A stretch of 64,000 bases of DNA from Arcobacteraceae bacterium (lineage in GTDB: Bacteria; Campylobacterota; Campylobacteria; Campylobacterales; Arcobacteraceae), in assembly GCA_048268245.1 (NCBI GenBank), contig JBLWVX010000006.1, positions 1 through 64,000 of the forward strand, given 5' to 3'. The notes below the pieces were generated by a model. That model was not told where the DNA came from. It saw only the letters and a program-made list of their open reading frames with translations, and did no database searches. The first letter of the stretch is position 1. Every line of letters starts with the position of its first letter. Below, piece by piece: positions 32,590-41,312 of the stretch. The position numbers and the translations under genes were made by a program.

Positions 32590-32666
32590 GCTGGTGTAGC
32601 TCAGTTGGCTAGAGCAGCTGATTTGTAATCAGCAGGTCGGGGGTTCAAGTCCCTTCACCAGCTCCA
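32590..32666 (+). tRNA. tRNA-Thr (TGT)
   Basis: GCTGGTG/CACCAGC acceptor stem, TT-TGT-AA loop, CCA. Confidence 0.95.
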
Positions 32667-32746
32667 CTAAATTTCACAAAGTAATTTTTATAATAAATAC
32701 AAACAATTATTCAAGAAGCGCGATTTTTTTCTATTATACTTTGTAC

Positions 32747-32772
32747 ATATTTTGGGGAATTCCCCAAAATAT
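32747..32772. terminator. Perfect 26-bp palindrome between convergent units (possible terminator)
   Basis: ATATTTTGGGGAATTCCCCAAAATAT. Confidence 0.5.
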
Positions 32773-32780
32773 AACTTAGT

Positions 32781-32948
32781 TTATTCAGTAGCTTTGTGTA
32801 TTGCTTCTTTTGTTCCTTCATAAACATGTTTGCTTCCTTTTTTTGTAGCACTCCAAGCTTTTGAACTATCTTCTTTTACACCTTCCCAAGTTGCACAACC
32901 TGAAAAAATAAAAATAGATGTAATTGTAATTAATAGAATTCTTTTCAT
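32781..32948 (-). CDS. Small entericidin-like lipoprotein (55 aa, not in ORF track)
   Basis: MKRILLITITSIFIFSGC-ATWEGVKEDSSKAW...; lipobox FSGC; GAAGGA RBS. Confidence 0.8.
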   Translation of the reverse strand: MKRILLITITSIFIFSGCATWEGVKEDSSKAWSATKKGSKHVYEGTKEAIHKATE

Positions 32949-32963
32949 TTTTGTCCTTCTTTT

Positions 32964-33308
32964 CTATGGATTTGGGTTCTCAAAGAAAATATAGTTTGTA
33001 GAGTAATCAGAAAACTCAAAATATACTTTACTCTCATTTGTATCTTTTTTAAAGTTTAAATTCTGATCAAGTATGCCATATCCAAATCTATATGGTCTAT
33101 TGTTCTTTCCTTCTGTTGCAACAGCTGTTGAAAGTTTATCAATTTTTATGAATCTTTTTACTAGTTTTTCTCCTGCATAAACTTCAAGAACTCCATTTAC
33201 ACCTGTCCAGTTTTGAATATATCTATTGATTTTATTTTGCTTCTCTTCACAACCATTAAAAAATAAAGCAGTTGCTACTAATGAAGTGGTTATTAAAAAT
33301 TTCTTCAC
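32964..33308 (-). CDS. Hypothetical lipoprotein
   Basis: Signal peptide with lipobox FNGC; AAGGA RBS, GTG start. Confidence 0.8.
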   Translation of the reverse strand: MKKFLITTSLVATALFFNGCEEKQNKINRYIQNWTGVNGVLEVYAGEKLVKRFIKIDKLSTAVATEGKNNRPYRFGYGILDQNLNFKKDTNESKVYFEFSDYSTNYIFFENPNP

Positions 33309-33456
33309 TATATTTCCTTATTATGAGTTTTTTGAATTAAAAGTGTACTACAAAAGTACTAAAAGCAAGATTTGACTAGTTTAAGAATTAATAATTTTTA
33401 AAAGTAGGATTAGTTATTTATTTTATATGAATAGAACTAAGTCTATTCATATTTTC

Positions 33457-35472
33457 TTAGATAGTAATTTCTTTAATATCAGCAATTTTTCTAAATTCTT
33501 GGTAAACTTTACCTATGATATTTTTTCTATTTGTTTTGATAGCTTCATTTTCATGATTTACATATACATTATCAAAGAAGTTGTCTAATTGTGTTTTTAA
33601 GTCAAATAAAGCTTCTAATTGATCTTCATAACATGGATACTCTTTTGATACTACTGTTGTAAATGCTGATGATAATTCTTTTTCTGCATCATCTTCTAAT
33701 AAAGAGTCATTAACAGTTAATTCAGAGTTTACATCTATATCTTTGATAATATTTGCAACTCTTTTAAATGTTGCAGAATATTCTTTAAAGTTGTCACTTT
33801 GAACAATTGGATTTAATGCACAAAGTTTTTTAGAGATTTTTAATATATCAGTTTCTTGTGAACCTAGAACTGCTTTTAATACAGATGGGTTTACATCAAA
33901 AATTTTAAATAGTCTTTCATTGAAGAATTCAACTAATTGAGTTTTATCTAATCCTGGGTAATTAGATGCTAATGTATCAACGATTTTATTTAAATCAACT
34001 GATAATTCATGTTCCATTGCAATTTTTACAATACCTGCTGCTGCTCTTCTTAATCCAAATGGATCTTTTGAACCAGTTGGAATTTTACCAACACTAAATA
34101 ATCCCATTAAGTTATCAAGTTTATAAGCTAATGCTATTATTGATGAAAATTTATTTGATGGTAAGTTAGAGTCTTCACCATCTGGTAAGTATTGCTCTTT
34201 TAATGCTGTATATACAAGTTCATCTTCTCCTGCAAGTTTTGCATAGTAGTATCCCATTAGACCTTGAAGTTCAGTAAATTCAAATACCATTTCAGACATT
34301 AAGTCTGCTTTACTTAACATTACAGCTTTTTGAACAAGTTCTTTGTTCTCTACATTGAAAGTATCAGCTAAGAAAGAAGCAATTTTTGCTTCTCTTTCAC
34401 ACTTCTCATACATAGAACCTAAACCTTCCACAAATGTAAGCTTTTTAAGTCCTTCATTTGAAAGTCCATTATTAATATCATTTTTCCAGAAGAACATACC
34501 ATCTGCAAGTCTTGGTCTTAATACCTTTTCATTACCTTCAATAATGTAACCAAAGTCATTAGTTTTAGAGTTTGATACAACAATAAAGTTGTTTGTTAAT
34601 TTGTCATCTTTATAAACAGCAAAATATCTTTGGTGCTCTTTCATCGAAGTTACAATAACTTCCTCTGGTAATTCTAAAAACTCTTCATCAAATTTACCAA
34701 TTAAAGCAGTTGGATATTCTGTAATAGCAACAACTTCTTCAAGAAGCTCTTTATCTATTTCAATTTTAACACCATCTCTTTGTTCAATCTCTTTCATTTG
34801 ATCTAAGATGATTTTTCTTCTTTCATCTGGATATAGAATAACACCATTTTTATCAAGTTTACAGAAATAGTCCCCTGCAAAATCAAATGTGAAAGGTTCA
34901 TATGAAACCATTCTATGTGCGAAAGCAAAATTTGAAGATTTTACACCGTAAAGTTCACCCTCTACTACTTGTTCACCTAACATAATTGATAAAGATCTAA
35001 TTGGTCTAATAAAGCTATCAGTTCTTGAAGCCCATCTCATAGATTTTCCAAAGTTTAATGATGAAATAAATTCATTTACCATATCATTTAATAAGTCAGC
35101 AGAGTCAGTTCCTATTACTTCTTTTTTAAAGTATAAAACTTCCCCTCTTCCTTGATCAATTTTATCTAGCTCATCTACACTTACGCCACATTTTTTTGCA
35201 AAACCTAAAGCAGCACCTGTTGGTTCACCATCTTTAAAAGCTATTTTTACAGGAGCTCCAAACATTTCTTGTACTGAATCTTCTTGTTTTACTTGAAACT
35301 CTCTATGCCATAATACTAATCTTCTTGGTGTATAGAAGAATTCAAAATCACATAATAATCTATTCTTTTCTAAAATATCAGTCCATTTTTTTTCAATATT
35401 TGGTAGCTCTTTTAAAAATGGAATTGCTGGTAATTCTTCAACACCAATCTCTATTAATAATGGTTTATTCAT
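33457..35472 (-). CDS. glyS: Glycyl-tRNA synthetase beta subunit
   Basis: LLIEIGVEELP, TPRRL, FIRPIR, EFTELQG, GSKDPFGLRR. Confidence 0.96.
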   Translation of the reverse strand: MNKPLLIEIGVEELPAIPFLKELPNIEKKWTDILEKNRLLCDFEFFYTPRRLVLWHREFQVKQEDSVQEMFGAPVKIAFKDGEPTGAALGFAKKCGVSVDELDKIDQGRGEVLYFKKEVIGTDSADLLNDMVNEFISSLNFGKSMRWASRTDSFIRPIRSLSIMLGEQVVEGELYGVKSSNFAFAHRMVSYEPFTFDFAGDYFCKLDKNGVILYPDERRKIILDQMKEIEQRDGVKIEIDKELLEEVVAITEYPTALIGKFDEEFLELPEEVIVTSMKEHQRYFAVYKDDKLTNNFIVVSNSKTNDFGYIIEGNEKVLRPRLADGMFFWKNDINNGLSNEGLKKLTFVEGLGSMYEKCEREAKIASFLADTFNVENKELVQKAVMLSKADLMSEMVFEFTELQGLMGYYYAKLAGEDELVYTALKEQYLPDGEDSNLPSNKFSSIIALAYKLDNLMGLFSVGKIPTGSKDPFGLRRAAAGIVKIAMEHELSVDLNKIVDTLASNYPGLDKTQLVEFFNERLFKIFDVNPSVLKAVLGSQETDILKISKKLCALNPIVQSDNFKEYSATFKRVANIIKDIDVNSELTVNDSLLEDDAEKELSSAFTTVVSKEYPCYEDQLEALFDLKTQLDNFFDNVYVNHENEAIKTNRKNIIGKVYQEFRKIADIKEITI

Positions 35473-35620
35473 CTATTGTTTCCTTATTAGAAGTCTTGTC
35501 ATCTTTATTTTCTATTTTATCTTTGTATTTCTGTATTTGTTGTCTGTTAAAGTTGATTATGAATAATGCAACCATAATTACAAACATAATAAGAATTACG
35601 ATATCTAATATTTCTTTCAT
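35465..35620 (-). CDS. Small single-pass membrane protein (51 aa, not in ORF track)
   Basis: MKEILDIVILIMFVIMVALFIINFNRQQIQKYKDK...; stop overlaps the glyS start (ATGAATAA). Confidence 0.65.
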   Translation of the reverse strand: MKEILDIVILIMFVIMVALFIINFNRQQIQKYKDKIENKDDKTSNKETIDE

Positions 35621-35717
35621 ATTTTTGCCTACTAATTGTTTATATAAAAGGTAATTATGTTATCTAATGTTTGCTTATTTTTTGGTTAGTGTAGAATTGT
35701 TAAAAGTATTATTTTGT

Positions 35718-35746
35718 AAAACAGATTGCTTATTGCAATCTATTTT
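35718..35746. terminator. Hairpin, probable terminator of the ribA-rsmG operon
   Basis: AAAACAGATTGC-TTATT-GCAATCTATTTT, with T runs on both strands. Confidence 0.55.
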
Positions 35747-35824
35747 ACTAAGTGGTTAGGAAAGTCTTTTGTTGTTTCACAACAACATTGATCCATAATT
35801 TGTTGTAATTATTGTTTAGAAAAA

Positions 35825-36193
35825 CTACAAAATAGATTTATATATAACTCCATCTATTTCAAAAGAAGCTATTTCTTCTAGTTCTTGATTATTTTCAATA
35901 ATTGCTAAAATTTTTGAGTCAAACATATAGTTTTCTGCAACCTTTTGAATCTCTTTAGCTAATAACTTTTGAGCAATAATATATTTTGCGTTTAAAGCAT
36001 TTGCATATATTGCTTCTTTTATTGAGTCTACTTTAACAGCAATAATTAATTCATTTTCATAAGTATATTTAAGTAAATCTTCGTTGTAACCAAATGAAAG
36101 TGTAGTATTGCTTTTTGTATTTTTTATATCTTCTATTTTTTGAACTTTTGATAGTTCATCAAATGGTACTAATTTATCACCTATAAGTATCAT
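35825..36193 (-). CDS. Conserved hypothetical protein
   Basis: Last gene of the ribA-rsmG operon; AGGA RBS. Confidence 0.75.
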   Translation of the reverse strand: MILIGDKLVPFDELSKVQKIEDIKNTKSNTTLSFGYNEDLLKYTYENELIIAVKVDSIKEAIYANALNAKYIIAQKLLAKEIQKVAENYMFDSKILAIIENNQELEEIASFEIDGVIYKSIL

Positions 36194-36200
36194 GTTAATC

Positions 36201-36422
36201 CTATCTATTGTTTAAACACTCTTGTGAGCAGTAAAAATTACCATTACTTAAAATAGCTTCATTTTGAGAAACATAAGTTTTGCAAGTTGGACATTCTACC
36301 ATTTCATCAGAAATTTTTTCATTCTTTTTTGATTCAACTATATTTTTTTCTCTTCCTTTTTTAAAGAAGATTAAATAGACTAAAAAAAGCACTATTAATA
36401 TTGCTAAAATTTTAAAAATCAT
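36201..36422 (-). CDS. PP0621-like small membrane-anchored zinc-binding protein
   Basis: TM helix then MVECPTCKTYV...FYCSQEC. Confidence 0.8.
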   Translation of the reverse strand: MIFKILAILIVLFLVYLIFFKKGREKNIVESKKNEKISDEMVECPTCKTYVSQNEAILSNGNFYCSQECLNNR

Positions 36423-37009
36423 TATTTACCTTTTATATATAAGTAGTTTCTATCTTTTCTATTTACTACTTTATAGTTGTTGACTTTTGCTTCTTCTATT
36501 TCTTCTTGAACAAGTGAACCTTTATAAAATAGATAAGAGCTATCATCTTGTTTAATATTATCAGTAATATCTAAAAGTAAATTTGTATTTGTAACTGCTC
36601 TTGAAGTAATTAAATCAACTTTTATATCTTCTACTTTTTCTACTCTATTACAAATAACTGTTAAGTTTTCTAATTTTAAACTAGCTTTTACAAAATTTAA
36701 AAAAGACACTCTTTTAACTCTTGGTTCTATTAAATATGCTTTCATATCTCTTTTGGCCATAGCTAAAATAAGACCTGGATACCCTGCTCCTGTTCCAATA
36801 TCAGCAAAGCTTTCATGCTTATCAATAAAACTTAATGGATATACTGAATCTAGTATATTTTCATTTATATCATCAATAGCAAGACTTCCTGTTAGGTTAT
36901 GAACCTGTCCCCATTGTCTTAAAAGTTTAGTAAAAACTTCACAATCTTCATAAAATTTATCATCAAACTCTAAGTTGTTTGATTGGCATAATTGTTTTAA
37001 ATCTATCAA
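36422..37009 (-). CDS. rsmG: 16S rRNA m7G527 methyltransferase
   Basis: HNLT, DIGTGAGYPG, KRVSFL, TSRAV, YKG. Confidence 0.93.
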   Translation of the reverse strand: MIDLKQLCQSNNLEFDDKFYEDCEVFTKLLRQWGQVHNLTGSLAIDDINENILDSVYPLSFIDKHESFADIGTGAGYPGLILAMAKRDMKAYLIEPRVKRVSFLNFVKASLKLENLTVICNRVEKVEDIKVDLITSRAVTNTNLLLDITDNIKQDDSSYLFYKGSLVQEEIEEAKVNNYKVVNRKDRNYLYIKGK

Positions 37010-37581
37010 AGCATATGTCCCATTTGATCTTTTTTAGTTTTTAAATATTCTTTATTATATACATTAGATTTTGTAATTGCTGGAATTCTTTCAACTATTT
37101 CAACACCTAAGCTTTCTACATAGTCTATTTTTTTTGGATTATTTGTAATAAGTTTAATTTTCTTTACATTTAAATCATTAAATATATATTCAACTACAGA
37201 GTAGTCTCTATCATCTTCTCCAAAACCAAGTTCTAAGTTTGCTTCAATTGTATTTCTTCCTTGATCTTGTAGACAATAAGCATTTACTTTATTTAGTAAA
37301 CCTATATTTCTTCCTTCTTGTCTATGATAGATTATTAAACCACCTTGCTTTGCTATGAAATCTAAAGCTAAGTTAAGTTGGTTTTGACAATCACATTTTA
37401 AACTTCCTAGTGTATCTCCTGTAAGGCATTCAGAATGAACTCTTACATAAGGAGATTCTATATTTTCAAAGTCTTCACTCATTATTGCTAAATGTTCTTG
37501 ATTATCTTGTTTATATGCTTTTATTCTAAACTTTCCATGTTTTGTAGGTAGATTAGCTATATTTGATTGTATTATATTCAT
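37006..37581 (-). CDS. ribA: GTP cyclohydrolase II
   Basis: RVHSECLTGD..SLKCDC, QEGRNIG, TNNPKK. Confidence 0.95.
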   Translation of the reverse strand: MNIIQSNIANLPTKHGKFRIKAYKQDNQEHLAIMSEDFENIESPYVRVHSECLTGDTLGSLKCDCQNQLNLALDFIAKQGGLIIYHRQEGRNIGLLNKVNAYCLQDQGRNTIEANLELGFGEDDRDYSVVEYIFNDLNVKKIKLITNNPKKIDYVESLGVEIVERIPAITKSNVYNKEYLKTKKDQMGHML

Positions 37582-37639
37582 TTATCTTTAAACCTTATAT
37601 TGTTAGAATTCGAGATTATAACCAAAAGAGGTAAATAGA

Positions 37640-38614
37640 ATGTTTAAACGATTTAGAAGACTAAGAATAAATGAAACTTTAAGAGGTTTAGTAGAAGAAA
37701 CAAAGCTTTCAACTGATGATTTTATATATCCATTATTTGTAAGAGAAGGCGAAGGAATTAAAACAGAAGTTTCATCAATGCCAGGTGTATTTCAAATGTC
37801 AATTGATGAGATTTTAAAAGAGTGTGAGTATTTAGTAAGTATTAATTTAAAATCAATTATATTATTTGCAATTCCAGATACTAAAGACTCTGTAGGAAGT
37901 GAGTGTTTATGTGATGAAAGTATTATTGCTAGAACAACAAGAGCAATCAAAGAGAAGTTCCCTGAAATGTTTATTGTTACTGATTTATGTTTTTGTGAAT
38001 ATACAGATCATGGACATTGTGGAATTTTAGACCCCAAAACTCAAACTGTAGATAATGATAAGACATTAGAAATATCAGCACAACAAGCAATAGTACATGC
38101 TAAAGCAGGAGTTGATATGATAGCACCATCTGGAATGATGGATGGAATTATAGAAACTTTAAGAACTGCATTAGATGAAAATGGATTTGAAAACTTACCA
38201 ATTATGTCTTACTCAACTAAATTTGCTAGTGCATACTATGGACCTTTTAGAGATGTTGCTGAATCAACACCTTCATTTGGAGATAGAAGAACTTATCAAA
38301 TGAATCCTGCTAATAGATTAGAAGCTATTGAAGAATCACTTGAAGATGAAAGACAAGGTGCAGATATACTTATGGTTAAACCAGCATTATCTTACATGGA
38401 TGTAATAAGAGATATTAGAAATAACTCTAATGCACCGCTTTGTGTATATAATGTAAGTGGTGAGTATGCAATGCTTAAACATGCAGGTGCTGCTGGCCTT
38501 ATTGATTATGAGAGAGTTATGATGGAAACACTTCTTTCTTTTAAAAGAGCAGGAGCAAACTTAATTATCACATATCATGCTAAAGAAGCTTGTGAATTAT
38601 TAAGAAATAAATAA
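37640..38614 (+). CDS. hemB: Porphobilinogen synthase
   Basis: DLCFCEYTDHGHCG, SGMMDG, YGPFRD, MVKP. Confidence 0.96.
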   Translation: MFKRFRRLRINETLRGLVEETKLSTDDFIYPLFVREGEGIKTEVSSMPGVFQMSIDEILKECEYLVSINLKSIILFAIPDTKDSVGSECLCDESIIARTTRAIKEKFPEMFIVTDLCFCEYTDHGHCGILDPKTQTVDNDKTLEISAQQAIVHAKAGVDMIAPSGMMDGIIETLRTALDENGFENLPIMSYSTKFASAYYGPFRDVAESTPSFGDRRTYQMNPANRLEAIEESLEDERQGADILMVKPALSYMDVIRDIRNNSNAPLCVYNVSGEYAMLKHAGAAGLIDYERVMMETLLSFKRAGANLIITYHAKEACELLRNK

Positions 38615-38615
38615 T

Positions 38616-39830
38616 ATGGGAAATACTTATCAAGATGCAATAGAGAATTCTAATATAGTATCAAAAACAGATACAAATGGAATAATCACTTTTGTAAATG
38701 ATGAGTTTTGTAAAATATCAGGATATTCACATAAAGAGTTAGTGGGACAAAATCACAATATCGTGAGACATCCTGATGTCCCCTCTTCTAACTTTGTTAG
38801 TCTGTGGGAGACTATACTTTCAAAAAAGCCTTACAAAGCTACAGTTAAAAACCTAACTAAAAATGGAAAGACTGTTTATCTTAATACTACTATAACCCCT
38901 ATTTTAGATGAAAATGAAGAAATAAAAGAGTTTATAGCTATACGTTATGATGTAACTGCTGAGGTAGAATTAAAAAAAAGATTAGAAATAAAAGAAAAAG
39001 AGCTTGAAGCTTTAAATGCTACTTTAGAATTAAGAGTTGATGAACAAACAAAACAATTAAAAGATCTAAATGCAAATTTAGAAAATAGAGTTGAAAAAGA
39101 AGTAGCTAAAAATAAAGAGAAACAAAAGATACTTTTTTGGCAATCAAGAATGGCAAGTCTTGGTCAAATGTTGGGGAATATTGCACATCAGTGGAGGCAA
39201 CCATTAACTGAATTGTCTTTAGTGATGTTTAATATGAAAAAAGCTTCATTACAAAATGATGAAGAAAAAGTAAAAGAGTTATATTTAAATAGTAAGGACT
39301 TAATACAAAATATGTCAAATACTATAGAAGACTTTACAAACTTTTTTAATCCAAAGAAAGAAAAGAAAGCTTTTAATATTAAAGATGCCATATATGAGTC
39401 AATAAATATTTTAAATAAAACAATACAAAAAGAGAATATAAATATAAAAATAGATATTCAAAATCAGTGTAAAGTAATAGGTGTATCAAATGAGTTATCA
39501 CAAGTCATAATAAATCTAATACAAAATGCAAAAGATGCCTTTATAAATAAACATATAGAAAAAAAAGATATTAAACTGAAACTATATGAAAAAATATTTT
39601 TTGATAAAAATCATGCTGTTTTAGAGATATGTGACAATGCTTCGGGAATTTCAAAAGATAATATTGATAAAATATTTGAACCATACTTTACTACAAAACA
39701 TAAAAGCCAAGGAACTGGTCTTGGACTTTTTATGTCTAAAATGATTATTGAAAAAAGTTTAGATGGTTCAATAGAACATGAAAACTATAAAAATGGTTCA
39801 AAGTTTACAATTAAAATACCTATGGAATAA
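38616..39830 (+). CDS. Cytoplasmic PAS-domain sensor histidine kinase
   Basis: PAS (SKTD..G.ITFVN..F..ISGY..EL.G.NH...RHP), IAHQWRQP H-box, N/G boxes; no TM segment. Confidence 0.9.
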   Translation: MGNTYQDAIENSNIVSKTDTNGIITFVNDEFCKISGYSHKELVGQNHNIVRHPDVPSSNFVSLWETILSKKPYKATVKNLTKNGKTVYLNTTITPILDENEEIKEFIAIRYDVTAEVELKKRLEIKEKELEALNATLELRVDEQTKQLKDLNANLENRVEKEVAKNKEKQKILFWQSRMASLGQMLGNIAHQWRQPLTELSLVMFNMKKASLQNDEEKVKELYLNSKDLIQNMSNTIEDFTNFFNPKKEKKAFNIKDAIYESINILNKTIQKENINIKIDIQNQCKVIGVSNELSQVIINLIQNAKDAFINKHIEKKDIKLKLYEKIFFDKNHAVLEICDNASGISKDNIDKIFEPYFTTKHKSQGTGLGLFMSKMIIEKSLDGSIEHENYKNGSKFTIKIPME

Positions 39831-39835
39831 TATAA

Positions 39836-40516
39836 ATGGATTATAATTTATTAAAAACACTTAAAATTCTTATTGTTGAAGATGAAGTTAATTTATCAAA
39901 ACTTTTAAAAGATGCTATATCAGATTTCTTCTTTTCTGTTATTACAGCAAAAGATGGAGAAGAAGGACTTAAAAAATTCAAAGCTAATAAGCCTGATATT
40001 GTTATAACAGATATTATGATGCCTACTTGTGATGGATTAGAAATGACACATAATATTAAAGAAATAGATGAGTTGTTACCTATTATTGTTCTAAGTGCTC
40101 ATTCAGATAAAGAAAAACTTTTAAAAGCTATTGATTTAGGAATTAATAAGTATTTTATTAAGCCTTTTGATCCTGATGATTTAATAGAACATATTAATAA
40201 AATAGCTCCTAGTTTAAATAAGAGAAGAAAAGTTAAATTAAAAGACTCATATGTTTTTGATAATAACTCTAGGTCTTTATACAAAAATGATAAATTAGTA
40301 AATCTTACTAAAAGAGAAAAAGAGTTTTTTTACATTTTATTAAAACAAAGCAATCAAGTAGTTAGTTCTCAAAAGATAAAAGATAGTTTATGGAATGAGC
40401 CTGTAAGTGATGAAAGACTTAGAACTTTTATAAAAAGACTAAGAATTAAAACATCAAAAGATATTATAGAAAATGCTTCAGGACAAGGTTATTTAATTTC
40501 TCCATTGTATATCTAA
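39836..40516 (+). CDS. OmpR-family response regulator
   Basis: VEDE, TDIMMP, KP, winged helix LTKRE...RLR.K...GY. Confidence 0.9.
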   Translation: MDYNLLKTLKILIVEDEVNLSKLLKDAISDFFFSVITAKDGEEGLKKFKANKPDIVITDIMMPTCDGLEMTHNIKEIDELLPIIVLSAHSDKEKLLKAIDLGINKYFIKPFDPDDLIEHINKIAPSLNKRRKVKLKDSYVFDNNSRSLYKNDKLVNLTKREKEFFYILLKQSNQVVSSQKIKDSLWNEPVSDERLRTFIKRLRIKTSKDIIENASGQGYLISPLYI

Positions 40517-41191
40517 CTCTTTTGATTTAATTAAACTTCTGTTTAAAGCTAGGCCTTCTTTTATATTTCCAATATTTGATGAGGTTAATAAAAAGTTTTG
40601 TAAATAGTATGTATTTTTATACCCTAGTTTTATTAGAGTATCAATCATTTTATTAATATCTTCTTCTTTTAACAGATAAGAGTTTATGGTAGTTCTTAGC
40701 TCAAAATCGAAATCTATTTTTAATAAAAACTTTATAGTTTCCATAAACTTATCATATAAATTTGTTTTTGTAATCTCATAAAACTTATCTTTATGAGCTT
40801 TAAAATCTATTGCCATATAATCAATAAGTTTTAACTCAATAAGTTTTTGTATTTGCTTTAAGTTTGTTGCATTAGTGTCAAGCTTTATTTTAAAGCCTAA
40901 TTTTTTTACTTCTGTGCAAAAATCAATTAGATTATGTTGTGTTGCTTCTCCTCCAGAAATCACTACTGCATCAAGCAGACCAACACGTTTCTTAAGAAAA
41001 TTTAACACATCATTTAAAGTATGATTTGCTGTTTTATTAAAAACAAGTTCATCATTATAACAGTACAAACATCTGAAATTACATCTATTTAACCAAACTA
41101 CGCAAGACAAATGTCCTGCGTAGTCTGTAGTTGTAAATTTTGTTAGACTATAAACATTTTTTAGATTCAATGAATTTAACTCTCTGTTCAT
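40493..41191 (-). CDS. nrdG: Anaerobic RNR activating radical SAM protein
   Basis: DYAG, CNFRCLYCYN, ISGGEAT, KLDTN. Start likely at ATG 41191. Confidence 0.88.
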   Translation of the reverse strand: MNRELNSLNLKNVYSLTKFTTTDYAGHLSCVVWLNRCNFRCLYCYNDELVFNKTANHTLNDVLNFLKKRVGLLDAVVISGGEATQHNLIDFCTEVKKLGFKIKLDTNATNLKQIQKLIELKLIDYMAIDFKAHKDKFYEITKTNLYDKFMETIKFLLKIDFDFELRTTINSYLLKEEDINKMIDTLIKLGYKNTYYLQNFLLTSSNIGNIKEGLALNRSLIKSKELDIQWRN

Positions 41192-41312
41192 GTTCACCTT
41201 TTTTCCCAATATTAAAACTTTCAATAGGTCTGTGATAACCCATAACCCTTGTATATACTATACATTTACTTCTTTTGTGTGAATTTTTTTTAAGCACCTC
41301 TTGTTTTTGCAT
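41148..41312 (-). CDS. Stand-alone glycyl-radical domain of class III RNR (54 aa, not in ORF track)
   Basis: MQKQEVLKKNSHKRSKCIVYTRVMGYHRPIESFNIGKKGEHEQRVKFIESKKCL; AAGGAG RBS upstream. Confidence 0.85.
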   Translation of the reverse strand: MQKQEVLKKNSHKRSKCIVYTRVMGYHRPIESFNIGKKGEHEQRVKFIESKKCL

